A DNA stretch of 64,000 nucleotides from assembly GCF_037042905.1 (NCBI RefSeq), contig NC_087251.1, forward strand, positions 34,412,001-34,476,000. Reading direction: 5' to 3'. This DNA is from Lytechinus pictus (taxonomy: Eukaryota). The position numbers and the translations under genes are program-made. Below are positions 23,796 through 38,900 of the stretch, in pieces. The notes beneath the pieces are model-generated. The model searched no databases. It saw nothing but the letters and a program-made list of their open reading frames with translations, and was not told the DNA's origin. Each line of letters starts with the position of its first letter. Within the stretch, counting starts at the first letter, position 1.

Positions 23796-26061
23796 CAGGT
23801 TCCAGGCTGTGTGATACATTAATTATCACAATATTCAAGCAAGTGATAATCTTGATTCACTAGTTTCTGTCCGTAATTAGGATAACCCGACCCTTTTTAT
23901 TAAACTTATATGAGCACAGCACCTGGAGAAAAGGGAGAGAGGACATGCTACTTTTGATTTTGAATGACTACTGAAGATATACAGAAAATGAATGAACATT
24001 AAACAAATTGTGTATGGTATCCTTTTTTCTATAGATACAAAAATATTCACGTAGTATTATGAGTACCAGTTTATCAATGTAACCTGGAAATCACTACCCT
24101 TTTGAGTGCATTGAATCTGTTTGATCCTGGGGGCTTATCCCCGCAGCGCAGCGGGTCTCTCTTTTCTCGTCTCTATTGCATTGTGGGATAGGATGTCGTA
24201 GTTAATCTTCATCCTCATGGGGGTGCAGTGTGTTCTGGTAGGTCATGTAATAAATATCAATATTGGACAAAGACTCTGGGTCTTCCTGTTAAAGGTGCAG
24301 TATATCAAGCTTGGTTCAGATTAGAATTGAAAACCATATTCTGAAGCCCAGTTGAACCTTTATGTAGGCCATGGTCCAAAACTGTGTTGAAATTATTGGA
24401 AGCCAAATGTGTCAAAATTATGTAAGAGTAAAACTTTTTTGGTGTGATTTATGTGTTCTTTTACCCCATACATTAATGGTGTAGAAAGCTAGTTTAGTTA
24501 CTATTTCCAGACAGTTATGAATGATATTGAGTGTCAAATGAGCTAATGATTCGAAAATGTACTGTCTATTAGAGATCTGTCTCACAATTAGCTTTCCATA
24601 GTTGAGCTACAATTTTAGACCAGAGTATGAATCCAGAATCTTCCAGACCATAAAGTTGATCCCTAATTCGATATTAACTTTAGTTTTGTAGTCATACATG
24701 TAATTTGGATATATTTTACAGACCCAATGATAAAGCAATACACAGAATGTCATGATACAATGGCTACTTCAGAAGTCATCATTAGCAGAGAGTGGAATTC
24801 ATATCCTGGCATTCTCGTGATAGCTCTGACCAATATTGCATGTACATGTATGCTCTCCCATTAGATTTGATATGGTAAAGACATTTCATTGCAATTTCTA
24901 TATTTGACCTTCTGCATTTCATGATGAAGTCTGTGCAATGATACAATAATATTCATAGAATAAGGATTGGATATCGCCTGGATAATCTCTAGGGATTCAC
25001 ATGTTGTCTTCTTCTTCTTCAAGATAAGGGAAACCCCATCACTTAACTCATTATTTTGTCATCAATGTGCCGTGGCGAGTTGTTATGATTGGTAATCGCA
25101 GTAAGGGTGCAAACATCCATACATTTCATTCCTCACAGGATATAAAAGCTTTCATGTTTTTAGTTTCTTGGTTGATATTTTGAGATCTTGAACCAAGTTG
25201 AATAGACTATCTAACTCTGATATGAATATACTCCACATTTTTACACACTTGGTGTGCGTGCGTTCTTGATGGACTTGTAGAAAACCTTGCATCTGTGGCA
25301 TTCTGTGCACTCCAAAAGCATGAACATGTCCGATGCATGAACCATCATGAATTGTAAATCCAGTCCCAATTTAGAAATAAAAAGTACAGACTTAGTTCAT
25401 TCTGCCATATATCATTTGATAGTCTGAACATGCTCAAAGTGATGCAGGGGGCTGGATCAAGGCTTCCATGTTTGTCTTGGACCAGATAGAAATGCATTTA
25501 TCAGCAGACTTTCTTAATGCAGCGTGTTTCTGCACAATGAATCTCAATTGAGGTCCTCGCTGCCAAGAGGCCCTTTGTCATCGTAGCGGAGCAGCATCTT
25601 TAAATTGAGTGACGAATTGGAGGATATGAGATAAAAGCAACATGACTTCATCACATAGATCTTAATCATATTTGTGAGAATGCCTCACGTCTCGGCTGAG
25701 ATTAGGGACGATATGTGGACAGACTGCCTGTGTGAGATGTAGCCTACACTGAACCTATCTCTAGGGTTTTAACTTTTGAGGATACTAGCAATCCGTATAT
25801 TCTCATTAATTCCTTCCAAATTGAGAAGAATTGGAATGTTTGGTCTTCAGCTGAAAAAGGAGAAAAGTTTTGCAAGAATTTGTATGCTATTAATTTATCT
25901 TGTTAAAGTAAAGCTTCATAAGGCTGGTACTGAAATTATATGTTGGGGGGAGAGAGAAAGAAGAGAGTACGATGTAATGGAATCTGGGATAGAGTAGAGA
26001 AGAGAGTAATAAATGATACAAGAGAGAGAGAGGGGTGAAGATAGAAAAACAAAACAGAAAA

Positions 26062-26310
<249 letters not shown>

Positions 26311-27481
26311 GGGGGGGAGAAAGAAACAAAGAACAAAAGAAAGAAAGAGAGAGAAAGTGAAGGGAAGGGAAGGTAGTGGAGATTGGGAGGGGGTTGCATC
26401 TGTCTTATAAGCAGCTATTCACAAACAAATAAATCTTCTCTTTTTTTTTTTTTGGGGGGGGGGGGGTGCATGGCAATTTCAAACAGGAAGTGAAGCATAT
26501 CTTATATGAATTCTTTTTGTTCTTGTTAACAGTAATAAATAGCTTGAACTAGAGATAACCTTTGTATGTTCATCCCTTCTAGTCTACTCAGAGCAAACAT
26601 CTTGAGTGAGTGAGAAAAAAAAAGTCAGTTTGCAAGACATAAAAAGCATTGGTCAATATTGAATTCTACTTTGAATACTTTGAGGTATAAGGCATCATGT
26701 TGTTGCGATAATGTTGTAAAAATTAAGCCCCAGAAAATTGCGCCTGAAAGTCATTATTTAGTGCATAAATAAAGTGAAAATGTAATGTAGGTGACCTGTA
26801 ACAGAATTGCAACATAATTACATGTTCTCCATGTTTTACGATTGTTCTCCCTAGCACAGAAATTAAATCATAATTGTTTGGTCATGGATATTTTGAAAGT
26901 GTTTGCATGATTAGATTTTTTTCCTATCTGTGCGATTTTCATCCATGAACAGTACTAAATACAATGCACATTCAAAGTTATACCACTGTATATTGTTAAC
27001 CAATGTCTTTAAAGAATGCATAATGTCTGTGGCATTATGTCACATATTTTCCCTCCTGATATCCATCATCAAAGGGCAATTTAGATAACCATGATTAACT
27101 CTGATGTACTAAATATTTAGCATTAGCTTTGGTTTTGAATAAATTGCTTGTTCATATTATTCAATTTTATTATATTTGGCATGACCTTCAAGGTTGAGTT
27201 CACGTTAACTAAGGCTTCTCATCCTGGAATTGACAACTACACACTCTCAGAAATACTTCTTTAACCAACCCAAAAGTTAGTTAAAATATTAGCTGACCAA
27301 CTGATGGTAAAAAAAAATCCCAATTCAGTTTACATGCATGTCTGTTTATAAATAACAGTTGGTAGATTCACATTGAACCAACTCAAATAAGTTGGTTAAA
27401 AAAATTGGTGAAGAAATACATGCATAACAAAGCTTCAAAAGCATTCCTTTATACTGATAACTAGTATTATAACCCTTAGAT

Positions 27482-27730
27482 GGAGGCATCATGGTCTAGT
27501 GGTTCTGGCTCCCGTCTCTTAAACAGAAGTCATGGGTTCAACTCTTAAATCAGGCATTCATATCCTTCAGCAAGAAATCCATCCAAATTTTTTCTAACCT
27601 CAACCCGGGTGTGGTATATTTGGACTAGTCACCTGGCAGGAACTCATTGTGTGAAATGCAGTGAGCTGCTATTCTAAGGCCAGGGTAATTTTGCTGCATT
27701 AATGTAGAACATTTAAGAGAGGCTTCTGAT
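27482..27730 (+). mobile_element. tRNA-derived SINE (degenerate)
   Basis: TGGTCTAGTGG A-box and GGGTTCAACTC B-box, followed by a TCAGCAAGAAAT..AACCCGGGTG core shared with other copies. Confidence 0.65.
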
Positions 27731-28364
27731 ATTAAGCAAGTACATGTATGATGATGATGCTGATTATCATTATTATTACAATTATTATAAAGCATTGCAT
27801 TTGCAGAGTAATTCAAATAAAAGAGATATACATGTGTTAGAGAGGGTGAGTAAGTGGTTGGATGTACATGTAGAAACATTTGATCTACTCATGCACTGAT
27901 TTCACATTCAACCCATGCAAATTCAACCGTATATTGGTAAATTGTGCATAATTAAGTGAATTCGGAAGCCAGTAATTGGATTAGATCCCACCCGTAGGAA
28001 TTTCTTAAACTTTAATAAATAGTTCAAGGAAACCAAAGAAAAACTTTCTTGAAACTAAATTTAAAAGTATCATGAGTAATTGGTTTTAAATACCTCAGAA
28101 AAAGACAAATGATTTTGAAGGATTTTTATTGGTTTTATTAATGCATAAACTCGTTATGGAGGATCATGAAAAGGCGTGATTGTCAATTAGTACTTGACAA
28201 TCTTTTAATGTATATTGAAGCGGGCCGTGTCTTAATCCACTTATTCCAGGGCATTGGCGACTGGCTCCCCCTAATTCAATAAAGCCTACTGCTCGTGGGT
28301 CTTTTTGGGGCCTGGATATATCTAACCAGTCGCTTGGAAACAACCAGGGGAACTAGGAAAATAA

Positions 28365-29017
28365 GACACCGTTCTCACTACCGTCCTAAAACTAGTTTAC
28401 TGGAAACCAGTTTAGTGGAAACTAGTTTAACGCGTAATGAGAACGGTCAAAGCGGTCTTGGTAGCGATCTTCCAAACCAGTTCGGAAAACCACCTTGCGA
28501 TGTAGTTTTCAAGATTGCTTTGCAGGGACCGTGGAACGGTTTTCAAAGTTATGGGCTGAGCCAAAAGTGGGGGGGGGGGGGGCTGACCATGCAAAAAATC
28601 ACAATCGTATGGTCGTTGTTACGTTTTTGCACATGGTTTTGGAAAAAAGTGGGGGGGGGCTGAAGCCCCCCCCCAGCCCCCCCCCCCCCCCCCCCCCCCC
28701 GCTTCTGCGGCCCCTGCTTTGCCTCGTTGAACTGGTTTTAGCATAAGTGAGGACACAACCGTTCTTCGGGAAGCAATCTTCACACATTTTGAGTGCGCTT
28801 CTCCACACACTGTGTAGAATGTCTACGCTGCGGTTTCAAATTTCGCGCGAAACATGTCACCCCCACTGAGAGAATTCCCATAGCAACAAGGCCACTCTAT
28901 ATACGTGAAGTGATTTTGAAAACCACTTTCGGCTGATCAAATGGGAATGCTAGCAAAGTGATCTTCCAAAATGGTTTCCAGTAAACTAGTTGTAGAAAGT
29001 ATAATGAGAACGGTGTC
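28365..29017. mobile_element. Harbinger-like MITE (TAA TSD) containing a nested G/C-tract MITE at about 28523-28716
   Basis: TAA|GACACCGTTCTCA...TGAGAACGGTGTC|TAA. The nested element AGGGACCG..CGGCCCCT is flanked by a GCTTTGC direct repeat. An empty-site sister copy lies at 45827-46254. Confidence 0.8.
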
Positions 29018-29049
29018 TAATATTTAGGGTGGTTGGATCCTTTAAATGT

Positions 29050-29310
29050 ATTGTGGTCTAGTGGTTCTGACTCTAGTCTTTCAAACAGAGGGTCATGGGT
29101 TCAAATCCCTGCCATCGCATATTTTCTTTCAGCAAGATATTCATCCACATTGTGCTGCACTTGACCCAGGTGAGGTGAATTGGTACCTGGTAGGATTAAT
29201 TCCTTGCATGCACTGAATACTGCTAATAAAGTTGTCGCTCGAGATAAAGCTTGGGTAATAATAGTCGTACTTGCACTTTATATTATCTGGCAAAATGCAC
29301 TACATAAATC
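29050..29310 (+). mobile_element. tRNA-derived SINE
   Basis: TGTGGTCTAGTGG A-box, GGGTTCAAATCCC B-box, core CCACATTGTGCTGCACTTGACCCAGGTGAGGTGAATTGGTACC. Confidence 0.75.
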
Positions 29311-31192
29311 CAGCTTCAATTATTATATCTGCAATTATAATAGTTGGATGTAAATTAGAAAGTGAGCTACATGTACACTTAATAATCTCATGTATTTTAT
29401 GATTATTTCTATCAACAATTTATGTCTTATTTCTATTTGATCTATGAACGTTTTCTTCAGTGAAGAAAATGATAATGAGGGTTTCATCAAAGACACTATA
29501 AGGTGAAGATTGGACAGATAATAGAGCGCATTATGAAACACTAGGGAAGAGCGCCCTACATCTTTGAGTAAGTAAATAGTCGCGTATTGCCATTTTGGGT
29601 TGTGTACAAAACATATGAGAGAAATGGTGGAGGGGTGAAGGAATAGACGTTTTTAGAAGAAAAAAATTCCAACATTTTTTATTCTAAAATTAGAGCTGAA
29701 TATATCTTGGAGGTTTCTGGGAAAGAAAAGTTGGAATTATCCACATGTGCCACCCTTGTGCCCTCTTCCAAACCCCCTCTCTCATTTTCCCCATATGTTT
29801 TATAAACAGCCGCGTGCCGATTTGCAAAGGTTTACTTACCCAACGCTGTTGGGCATCCTTTCCCATGAGCGAAATCAAGCGTTTCAAAAAATTGCTGAAG
29901 TGTCCAGTCTTCCCCTTGAAGTGTCTTCGGTTTCATGAACATACAAATCTTTTTAAGTTGTTCTTTTATTCCATTCTGCTAATGAAAGCTATATATTAAG
30001 GGAAAATTGATCCTACCCAGATGCATTTAAATATCAAATTCACAAAAAATATCCAAAACACATTTAGTTTGAGACACGTTTGGTTTGAGGCACATTAAGT
30101 TTACAAAAAATAAATATATTTGCATACTTTTGAAGACTATTTGAAGAAGCTTGGTTTGTATTCCCCCCCCCTGAGAATACCTCTTGTTGATACAGCCTTA
30201 AGTAGGTTTTTTTCAATCATTTTCGTTGCATTTGCGGTAAAGAAGCAATCTTGAGGTAATCATGACTGCCTTTGGGGATTCTAACCCTTTTTCGGTGCAT
30301 GGATTGTCAACCTGCTAGCCAGAATTGGGTATCATTTATAGCTGAAGATGGCAGCGATGTGGTAGAATGAAACATCCCCAGGCGCCAGATGAATAAATCC
30401 AATCAATGATTGGATAATCTTAACAAAGCATTACAAATCACTTTCTAAAAAATATGTCTCAAGGCCTTGTTGGTTAGTTATGTGCCTATGTCACAAGTAT
30501 TCAAAATCTGTGCATATCAAGCTAGACCAGCCACAAAGGGTTTTGTGTTTAGCAAATTTCAGATAACATTCGTAGGGAAATTTAAGAATGCCTTCGATGG
30601 AAAATTCTGCGTTCCCAAGTGACATTTTGACAGTAGTTTGCTAGATTTGAACGTGGGGGTTGATTTACACCTCTATGATTTTGAAGTTGCTGATAATATT
30701 TGATTTGTTTTTTTTTCCCCCATTTTGATGAAAAGTTTTTAGGGTATTAAAGCACAATGTTGATGCTGGTTTCACAAATGGACCTAATCATTTTGAATGC
30801 AATACAAATGCAGTTGATTCATTAGAAAGCACATTGTAGCCACAGACTTACCTTTCTATATTCTTGCAATCCTGCTTTTTACTACACTCAAAGCCAGTGT
30901 GTAAAAATGACAACAGTGTTCCTTTTGGACCATACCCTGATTAAAATATTACACCCTAGAAATTGGACATAACAGCAAAGCATATTCAACAACCAAAGGT
31001 GTTGTAATTACACCCTTGTGTTGAAACTAAAATTAACACACATGCTAAGTGACTGGTGTGGTTCTTCTACAAGTATGAACATGAACACCGATCACTACAA
31101 CAGTTTTTATTTAGATATCCTAGTGTAACTGGGGTTTTATCAAACTTATTTGTGCGTTCCAACTTCCTCTTTCCTTAAGCTACATTATGAGT

Positions 31193-31332
31193 AGGAGAGC
31201 ATTTCATGAAATGAATAGTCACCAATTTTCCCTGAGAGTTTTGCTCTGGGCCAATCGGATGCAAGGATTTCAGTAGCTTATAACAAATAGTCATTGAAAA
31301 TCATTGCCTTTTATTTCATGAAATGCTACCCT
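31193..31332. mobile_element. Small MITE
   Basis: Inverted ends GAGCATTTCATGAAAT and ATTTCATGAAATGCTA. Confidence 0.5.
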
Positions 31333-34300
31333 GGCTTCCAGTGATTATGCTGATGGTATCTGTTACGTACCCTTCTAGCATAGAGTTAAAAAAATAACCC
31401 CCTTCATGCTTCTAGATTATTCCCTTATTTAAGAAAAGAGATAGTGAAATGAGGTTATCACACTCATCATTTCTACCAATGTTGATTTCTGGACCATCGT
31501 TTTCTTTAAATGCTTTTTTCACATATCATTTTAAGATGTTATTTTTTTAATGCTACAGTATTTATAAGTGATTTTGGAGTATAGATTTTTTTTTTTACTG
31601 GGATAAAGAATAAATATAAAAATAGGTTAACCTTTTACAAGCTTCAGGAATATGATTACTGTTCGCATTTAATTTCTCAATTCCTCAACATGAGAAAATG
31701 AGAAAAATCCATCAGAGATTTATTTCCTGTGCATTGGAGGATGAGAACATGATTTGAAAGAGAAAGATAGAAAACAAGCCCTATAAATTTATTGTGAGCA
31801 GGAAAGAAAATGAAATAGATACCTCATCCAAGAAACTGAGTTAGCTATTACATGTAGCTAAATCACATTAGCTACTTCTTTTCGCTTGGCATTTCTTACA
31901 ATGTTCCTTATGAATTACCGTTACCCCGAAAGGCCTTGGAAAATTTCTGTACACACCCATCATCATTGCGCTATACAGATTTTGCAACCTGTATAAGGTG
32001 AAGCAGTAATAGATATTGGAGAATGGCAATGACAATTCGAGTACAGATTAATAGGGCATTTTATTGAGATGTTCATGTGGCTTTGATGATGATTTTACAG
32101 TCGTATCTGTTCCGCTACAACACAATGCTATTTCATGGCTTTTCTGAAAGGGATTTACTCATTCATAATGTGTTCACATCAACAGTAGATAGTATAGTAT
32201 GCTTATTTCAATTTGTAAATTGGAATTATTAATGTTTATTGTTTCATCTTGCATTTGAGGAATGTCTTCAATCTATCAGGCTTGTTCATGTTTGAATTGT
32301 TACGGTCTCAGAGATCGAACGTTCATAATAGTGTGTTCATATCAGCAGTAGCAAGCAAGCATGCTTATGTCACTTTGTAAATTGGGATTAATCAACGTTT
32401 CATGCGTATTAAAAGTTTAGATCAACATTCACAGGGCATCTTCCTTCATGTACTTTTCAAAGGTTTTAAAAATATGAATAAATATCAGTATGTATTGTAT
32501 GCCTCTTTGAGCGTGTACAGTATTTCATTATGAAGAAAGTATGTTCACATCAGAAGTAAAGTAAAGTGCAATCTCGCAAGTAAGATGTGAATTCCGTTTT
32601 TTTTGTGTTGAGTCAATACAATTTGGGGATTAAAAAGAACTTGTAAAGAAAGACCATCATCATTTAATCAGTACATGTAGTTAGCGGATTACTTTGAATG
32701 GTCAAAACCACTTCCTCAGATATCATACAGCCGTGCATGGACACAAGTATGATAGAGATGATAGGTCGGACAGATAGTAATGTCTTCTACTAACAATATG
32801 GAGGATGTTCTACCATGCCAATCCAAATTTTTTATAAGAAAAGAAAAAAAACGTGTAGCCAAAATGATAGAAATAAGGGTCAGTCGACACATTATTTATT
32901 TTTCTAGGGGGGGTTGGAGGTCAAATGTGAATGATTAATTATTTTATGTCTGAACGTTTTGTCTGCTTGGGTTGGTAGGGTTACAGCAATTAAACTTCTT
33001 TTTGTTCCCTAATCGCAGATTTTTGTTGTGCACTGATATTTACAGCAGATCATAGAACCTTTAAGACTTTGTCACCATTTTGCTCACATATGAGACTCCG
33101 GTTTCAGTTGGGACACCTACATGTACATGGTACTTTGCTTTACATTCCTTGTGTGCTCTGAGGCAACTTATTTCAGTTCTGTGATGATTCATGCATTACG
33201 TCTGTGTGAAAACCATTTCAGCTTCAATGCAGCTCAGATGCTGTGCTATTTGTTCTCCTGTATACGCCCTGATTCAAGACCCTAGATCGCGATATTAGAT
33301 GTTTTCCCGTCACGGTTTATCACCGCTCCCCTCCCTAGTTTCCTGTAATTTTCCACTCAATGAAAGAATTGAACACCTTCTAATATCCCAGAATGCACTC
33401 TGATGTCACCGACATTGTCCATCTCTACGTGTGGTTTTGTCGTTTCCGTTTTTACTTATTTAATTTGTGATTCATGAATTAAGCACGCATCACTTAAATC
33501 ATGTGTCTGTTCCCATTAAGTCCACTTTTCGATGCCTGAATGCAAGCCTGTTATATCGACGATCTGTTTGCCAGTATATGTTGACAGGTTCAGAAAAATG
33601 ATCATACATGTACATTTCTAACAAAGAATGTTCGTTCAATACTTTAATGTACCCTGTTCAGGAGATTTTAGAAATTTAGTTAACAGTTTTAACAATTGAT
33701 TTCTTTACATCTCAAAAAAAGCATTCATTGCATACGCATTTAAAGAAGATTTCACAGTATAGAACGTGATAGAGGACAGTTTGCCTTGTGAAATCTATTG
33801 TACCATGAAGCATGCAGTGGGTTCGAAACACAATTAATCTAGATATGCTCTGTAGTTTATAATGTAGAATTAAGTTATGTTCTACTTAATAATAATAATG
33901 ATAATGATATTATGGACATTTGAAAATTGCCGGTATCTATTATAAGAAGATGCTTATGGTGCAGTAAAGAAAAGAAAATAAAAGAAACAAAAACTTTAAG
34001 AGGGGAAGAATTACATTTACTTGAGAGACTGCATTAATAATCAAGTTTTTTGTGAATATTTGAAGGTGATAACTAGAAATATTGCTGATGTTTAATTTTG
34101 GGCCAAGAATTCGTTTTGGCAGCATCAAAATTGTATCAATCAATTTATTTCAAAATGCCACTTGAACAATTGTGTGTTTGTCTGTGAACTGACAAAAAAA
34201 ATTGTATATTTAATTCCAAATTAAGGACATGTCTCTGTGTTATTTAGCAAAAGTGAGCTCTGTCAAAGTTAAAGTGCCAAACATCTCATTTATTAGACTT

Positions 34301-34345
34301 TTCCTATAATATTTCAACAGTATGGGAATTGAAGGTTTCATTTCA

Positions 34346-34805
34346 TATTTCGTGATCTTCACTAGAAACATTTGTCATTGGTCAGGTACAAGCAGTATCA
34401 AACAGACCTTTGGCGACCTTTTTATATTGAGACATTCCATGCAACTGCACAAAACAGAAGGAATTCATCCAACCTTGGGAGGAAGAAAAAAAAACAAGAC
34501 AAAGATAATAGGTCAAGGGATCTCCTTTCAAGTAAATCTTAGAGAAACGTTTTTCATCTTGAAAATAAAAAATTAGAAATACTTATTTTGTGATCTTCAT
34601 TAGAAACATTTGTCATTGGTCGGGTGCAAGCAATATCAAACAGACCTTTGGCAACCTTTATATATTTAGACATTTCATGCACCTGCACAAAACAGAAGGA
34701 ATTCATCCGACCTTGGGAAGAAGAAAAAACGACAAAGATAATAGGTCAAGGGATCTCCTTTCAAGTAAATCTTAGAGAAATATTTTTTCATCTTGAAAAT
34801 AAAAA
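34346..34805 (+). repeat. Tandem duplication, 2 x about 238 bp
   Basis: GTGATCTTCA.TAGAAACATTTGTCATTGGTC starts at 34352 and again at 34590. Both copies end CATCTTGAAAATAAAAA. Confidence 0.9.
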
Positions 34806-35844
34806 CATGTCAGCTCTACAGTACATTACTATACTTGAGGGTAATCAAAGGAGACTGTTTGCAAATCCAGGGGGAAATGGCAGGTTGGATTTCTGTAGAT
34901 GGATTTTTAATCTCCTTAATCTCATGGGAGCTCATAAAACATACATGTACATGTTTTATAGAATCATATCTGACTAATTATTCATTGGCGTATTTCATGA
35001 TTTGATTTGACATGTGATTATATTAAAGCTCTACCACAGAATTGAAAGACTAAGCGCAGATGGATACTTAAGAGCTGCCTTCCATGAATACATGTATATG
35101 AAAATATGACAAGGCACTGGAAGCTCAAAAGGGCATCCAACTACATGTAGTATGGAGATTGGGCTGAAAAGAGAAAAAAGATATTAAAAAAAGATCTGTG
35201 AAAGATTTAAAGGACATAGAAATACACAAATTATATATATAGTAATGCTTACACAAGCACTAAACACACTTGTCCCTACTTCTATTTGCAAGTTTGAGAC
35301 TGATTGCTTGATATTATACTCTTTAATACTTTGTTTATTATTTGCTTGAATAAATGAATGTTGTGTGTCTGTGCTATAGCGGAGGTTCGTAATAAACCTT
35401 CTTGGGATTTTCGGTAGCAAGTGTGTGACAGAGTTTTGAAAAAAACTCAGTCAATACAAATTTTGATGGAAATTTTAATGCTGGAGATACCAAATACTAC
35501 TTTTGTCTTCCAAAGGTTGGTAACTCTGCCAGTGGGAACGTATATCCCCTTTTAGCTGGGAGAACGGCAATGGCTGGCTTAATCCAAGGTGAAAGAAATG
35601 AAGGATAGTAAATAGTGGAAATAATTAATGAGGACCCAAAATGGGTGGAGAATTGTAATAATCCTTTTAGAGGCTGCCACTGAACAAACAGGAGTAGTTC
35701 CAAGGTTTCATCCTCTAAATATAACATTAATTGCACCTGGAAAGGACATACATGTAAGTGGAAATTGTTATGGGATGCAAAATAGATTTTTCTCTGTTTA
35801 CAACATAACGTGGAGCTTCATAATGTTATGGTCATGTGAAAAGA

Positions 35845-35990
35845 TATGATTTTGTTAAGGTACACTAAATGAAATTTTGTAAAACAATATTGTACTACTT
35901 GGTGGGAGGAGTTTCATATATATGATTTTATCAAAGTACACTAAATGAAATTTTGTAAAACAATATTGTATTACTCGGTGGGAGGAGTTT
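35845..35990 (+). repeat. Tandem duplication, 2 x about 75 bp
   Basis: GTACACTAAATGAAATTTTGTAAAACAATATTGTA..ACT.GGTGGGAGGAGTTT occurs twice. Confidence 0.85.
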
Positions 35991-38900
35991 GAATAAATCA
36001 ATCTCTTGTGAAGTTAGTGTTATGTGTAGTACAATTGACATTTATACATCAAGTATAGTGATAAACAGCTGTGGACACAGAAATTATGTTCTTTTCATTT
36101 TATTTCTGTCAACATGAATACAATATAGTGTTTCAGTAATATATGTTTGCAATAAGGGTGCATTGCATTTTGCTTTCTGCCAAATTTGAGTAAGATACTA
36201 ATCGATTATTTAATTTTTTTATATAGGTGATTACAAAAGCAGATATTTACAACATCACTCTTACATGGGCTTTACTCAAGAGACTGTTCACGTGAAAATA
36301 ATAGTTTTTCAGTAAATATGTTTGCAATTAATTTTCTATTTCTACTGAGTATATATCAGACATCAAGTGATTTTTTAAAACCAAGTTTTCAGTAGGCACT
36401 TCATAAAAGTAGAACAAAATATATACAATACCACTTTAACATAAGGCTCTTTGGCTAGTAAATAACCTTTTTGTTCACATATAGTTTATCAACTGTAACA
36501 GATGCAGAAGGAAATTATGCCTTTTGGGGATATACATGTAGATGTGTCCCCCCTCTTATCCATTTATCTGCCAATGATTAAAAAAAGGCAAAGCAGGGCC
36601 TACACTTAATTTAGAAAAAATAATACCAGTCACTTTCACTTAGAAGACAATAAAAGAAAGTTATATGATGTAAAATAAAATGACCAAAGTTTTGTGTTAT
36701 GCATTGTTTTTATTTCATTCTTCTTTATTCGTGAATCCAAGTCTGCATCTTGTAGATTTGTAACTGATAATTGGAAATGTGTCTTTATGAAAAGTCTTCC
36801 ATCTTTCATTTCAATATTCTGGTCACAGCACGGTCACAACCTATCTTCTGGTATGTGGGTCTTTTACAGAGACAACAACCATTGGTATCATGTTATCCAA
36901 AGCAATCCCAGATTAAAAAGTCATCTCACCATTTTCTCTCTAGTACAATGACATCATTTCACCTCCCAATGCTCCGCCATCGATGAAGCCAGTCACGGAG
37001 AAGGTGTAAATATTGTATCGCTCCCCCAAACGGGAAACGTTCCTCTCATACCGAGCACGGGATCGAGTAACTGATAGCCCTATCCAGTTCACACCGTCGT
37101 CCCAAAAAGTGCAGGTGGTTTTTCTCGGTTCACCGCGATGAACGGCCAAACGCCGCGCCTTTTCTGGCCCTGGTGTGAAGAATCGATTGTCACGCTGCGT
37201 AGTTGTTGTTGTCGTCGGTCTGCGTCGTGTGAGCAGTCCATCTCGTCTCGTGTCACTCGTTCAAAGTCAATTTTGGCAGATGATTCGGAAGAGTCGGAGC
37301 ATCTTCTTCCAGATGCCCATTAATCACTAGAGGTTCAGTGATAATGCATCATTGGCTTGGTTTCACTTTAAATTGAGGACGTTACATGCGTTTGGCAGCC
37401 TGTAATTGAATTATATGGATGTAATGTACAGTGTATACATGGGAGTTCAGTAGCAATTAACAACTTGATAAATGCTCTGTTCATGTATTAGTGTCATTTG
37501 TGATAGAATTAATTGTCTTTTTAGCGCCACTCATTCAGTTCAAGGATGCATTCATGAAGTAGAGTGCTTTTAATGTGCATATACACATCTGCAGGTTTTA
37601 TTTTATTATTCTACAATATCCATAATTTACAATTAGACTTAATAAATGTTTTCCTAGTTAGCACTCATTTCTGATACCCAATTAATTCAGGCAACATGCA
37701 ACGTGCATGTATCGACCAAAAGTAGGTCAGAATTTTTGCAATTGACAATCTGCATCGTTGTAATGATGCAAAGAATTAAAAAAGGTGATAAGATGTATAT
37801 TTGTATAGACAAATGGAATGTTTTCATTGGAAAAAAATGTGAGATTTTAATAATTACCAAATTGATTGTCTCAATTTTCTCTCACTGGTCATGAATATGG
37901 GCATTAAAATTGTCTGTACCCCCCACATAGTTCTCACACCATTGGCACATGTACATAACCCGTGAATGTCCACGTACATTTCAAGCAGTCTTTTTCGCAA
38001 GGTTGCTTCAACCTTAAGGCTCACTATTAATAGTACAAGGACCTCCCTGGTGGGTTGTAAGAATGGTTAAACTTAATCAGTTCCCCCAGGAGAATTGGGA
38101 CATGGCAATGAGATGGGTGTACTTGTCAAGAATCATGAAGGCCGTACACGTGTCCCAGGAAATTTGTTGCGCATTCTGAAGAATTTGAGATCAAGACGAC
38201 TGACGGTGGTCAGTGATGCACTTTGTATATTAAGAGGGAGGAGGCTGTGTAAGGTTATCTTCTGGAGTGAGTGGCATGTGTACCAATCATTTATATGGTA
38301 CAGTTTTAATAATGCCTTCTGCATATAATTTGAAAGATTTTGTGTGCAAAACAGGAAATTGGATATGAGAATAAAAAAGTAAGAGAAGAGCAAAGGTGTA
38401 CTGTGTGCAATGTACATATGTGTGCAAAAATATATATGCCAAGATTTAACTTAGGAGCATTTTTAAAAATAATTGTATATCAGTGGTAAATATCTTTGCC
38501 ATGAATTGATGGATTGCAAGTGTTATTGTGTGTTAAAGATTAATTTGATTCAATATGCATATAGCAAAAAGAAGGAGAGAGAGAAAAACAAGGAAAAGAG
38601 AGGAGAACGGGAAAGGGATATGAGAGAGAGAATATCCCCATGGAAAAAAAAGTAAATACAGTATAGATGTAGGTGTATAGTCTTGTGTTTAGAATTATAA
38701 TGAAAAGCTATAGATTTTTACTGTATTATGCATTTTTGTGAAGATTTAGTAAAATAACTGAAGCATGACCCCCACCTTGCATCGCTTCTTTATTTGTACA
38801 CATAACTAAACACCCAAGCGATATCTTAATTACCAAACCAATCATATGAAATCTGGAGACCTAATTGACAGGGAATGGTAATGTACTAGACCCAATTAGT

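Noticed and set aside
29050..29120. tRNA gene
   Set aside because: The A/B boxes continue into a shared SINE body found in several decayed copies, and there is no intact cloverleaf.
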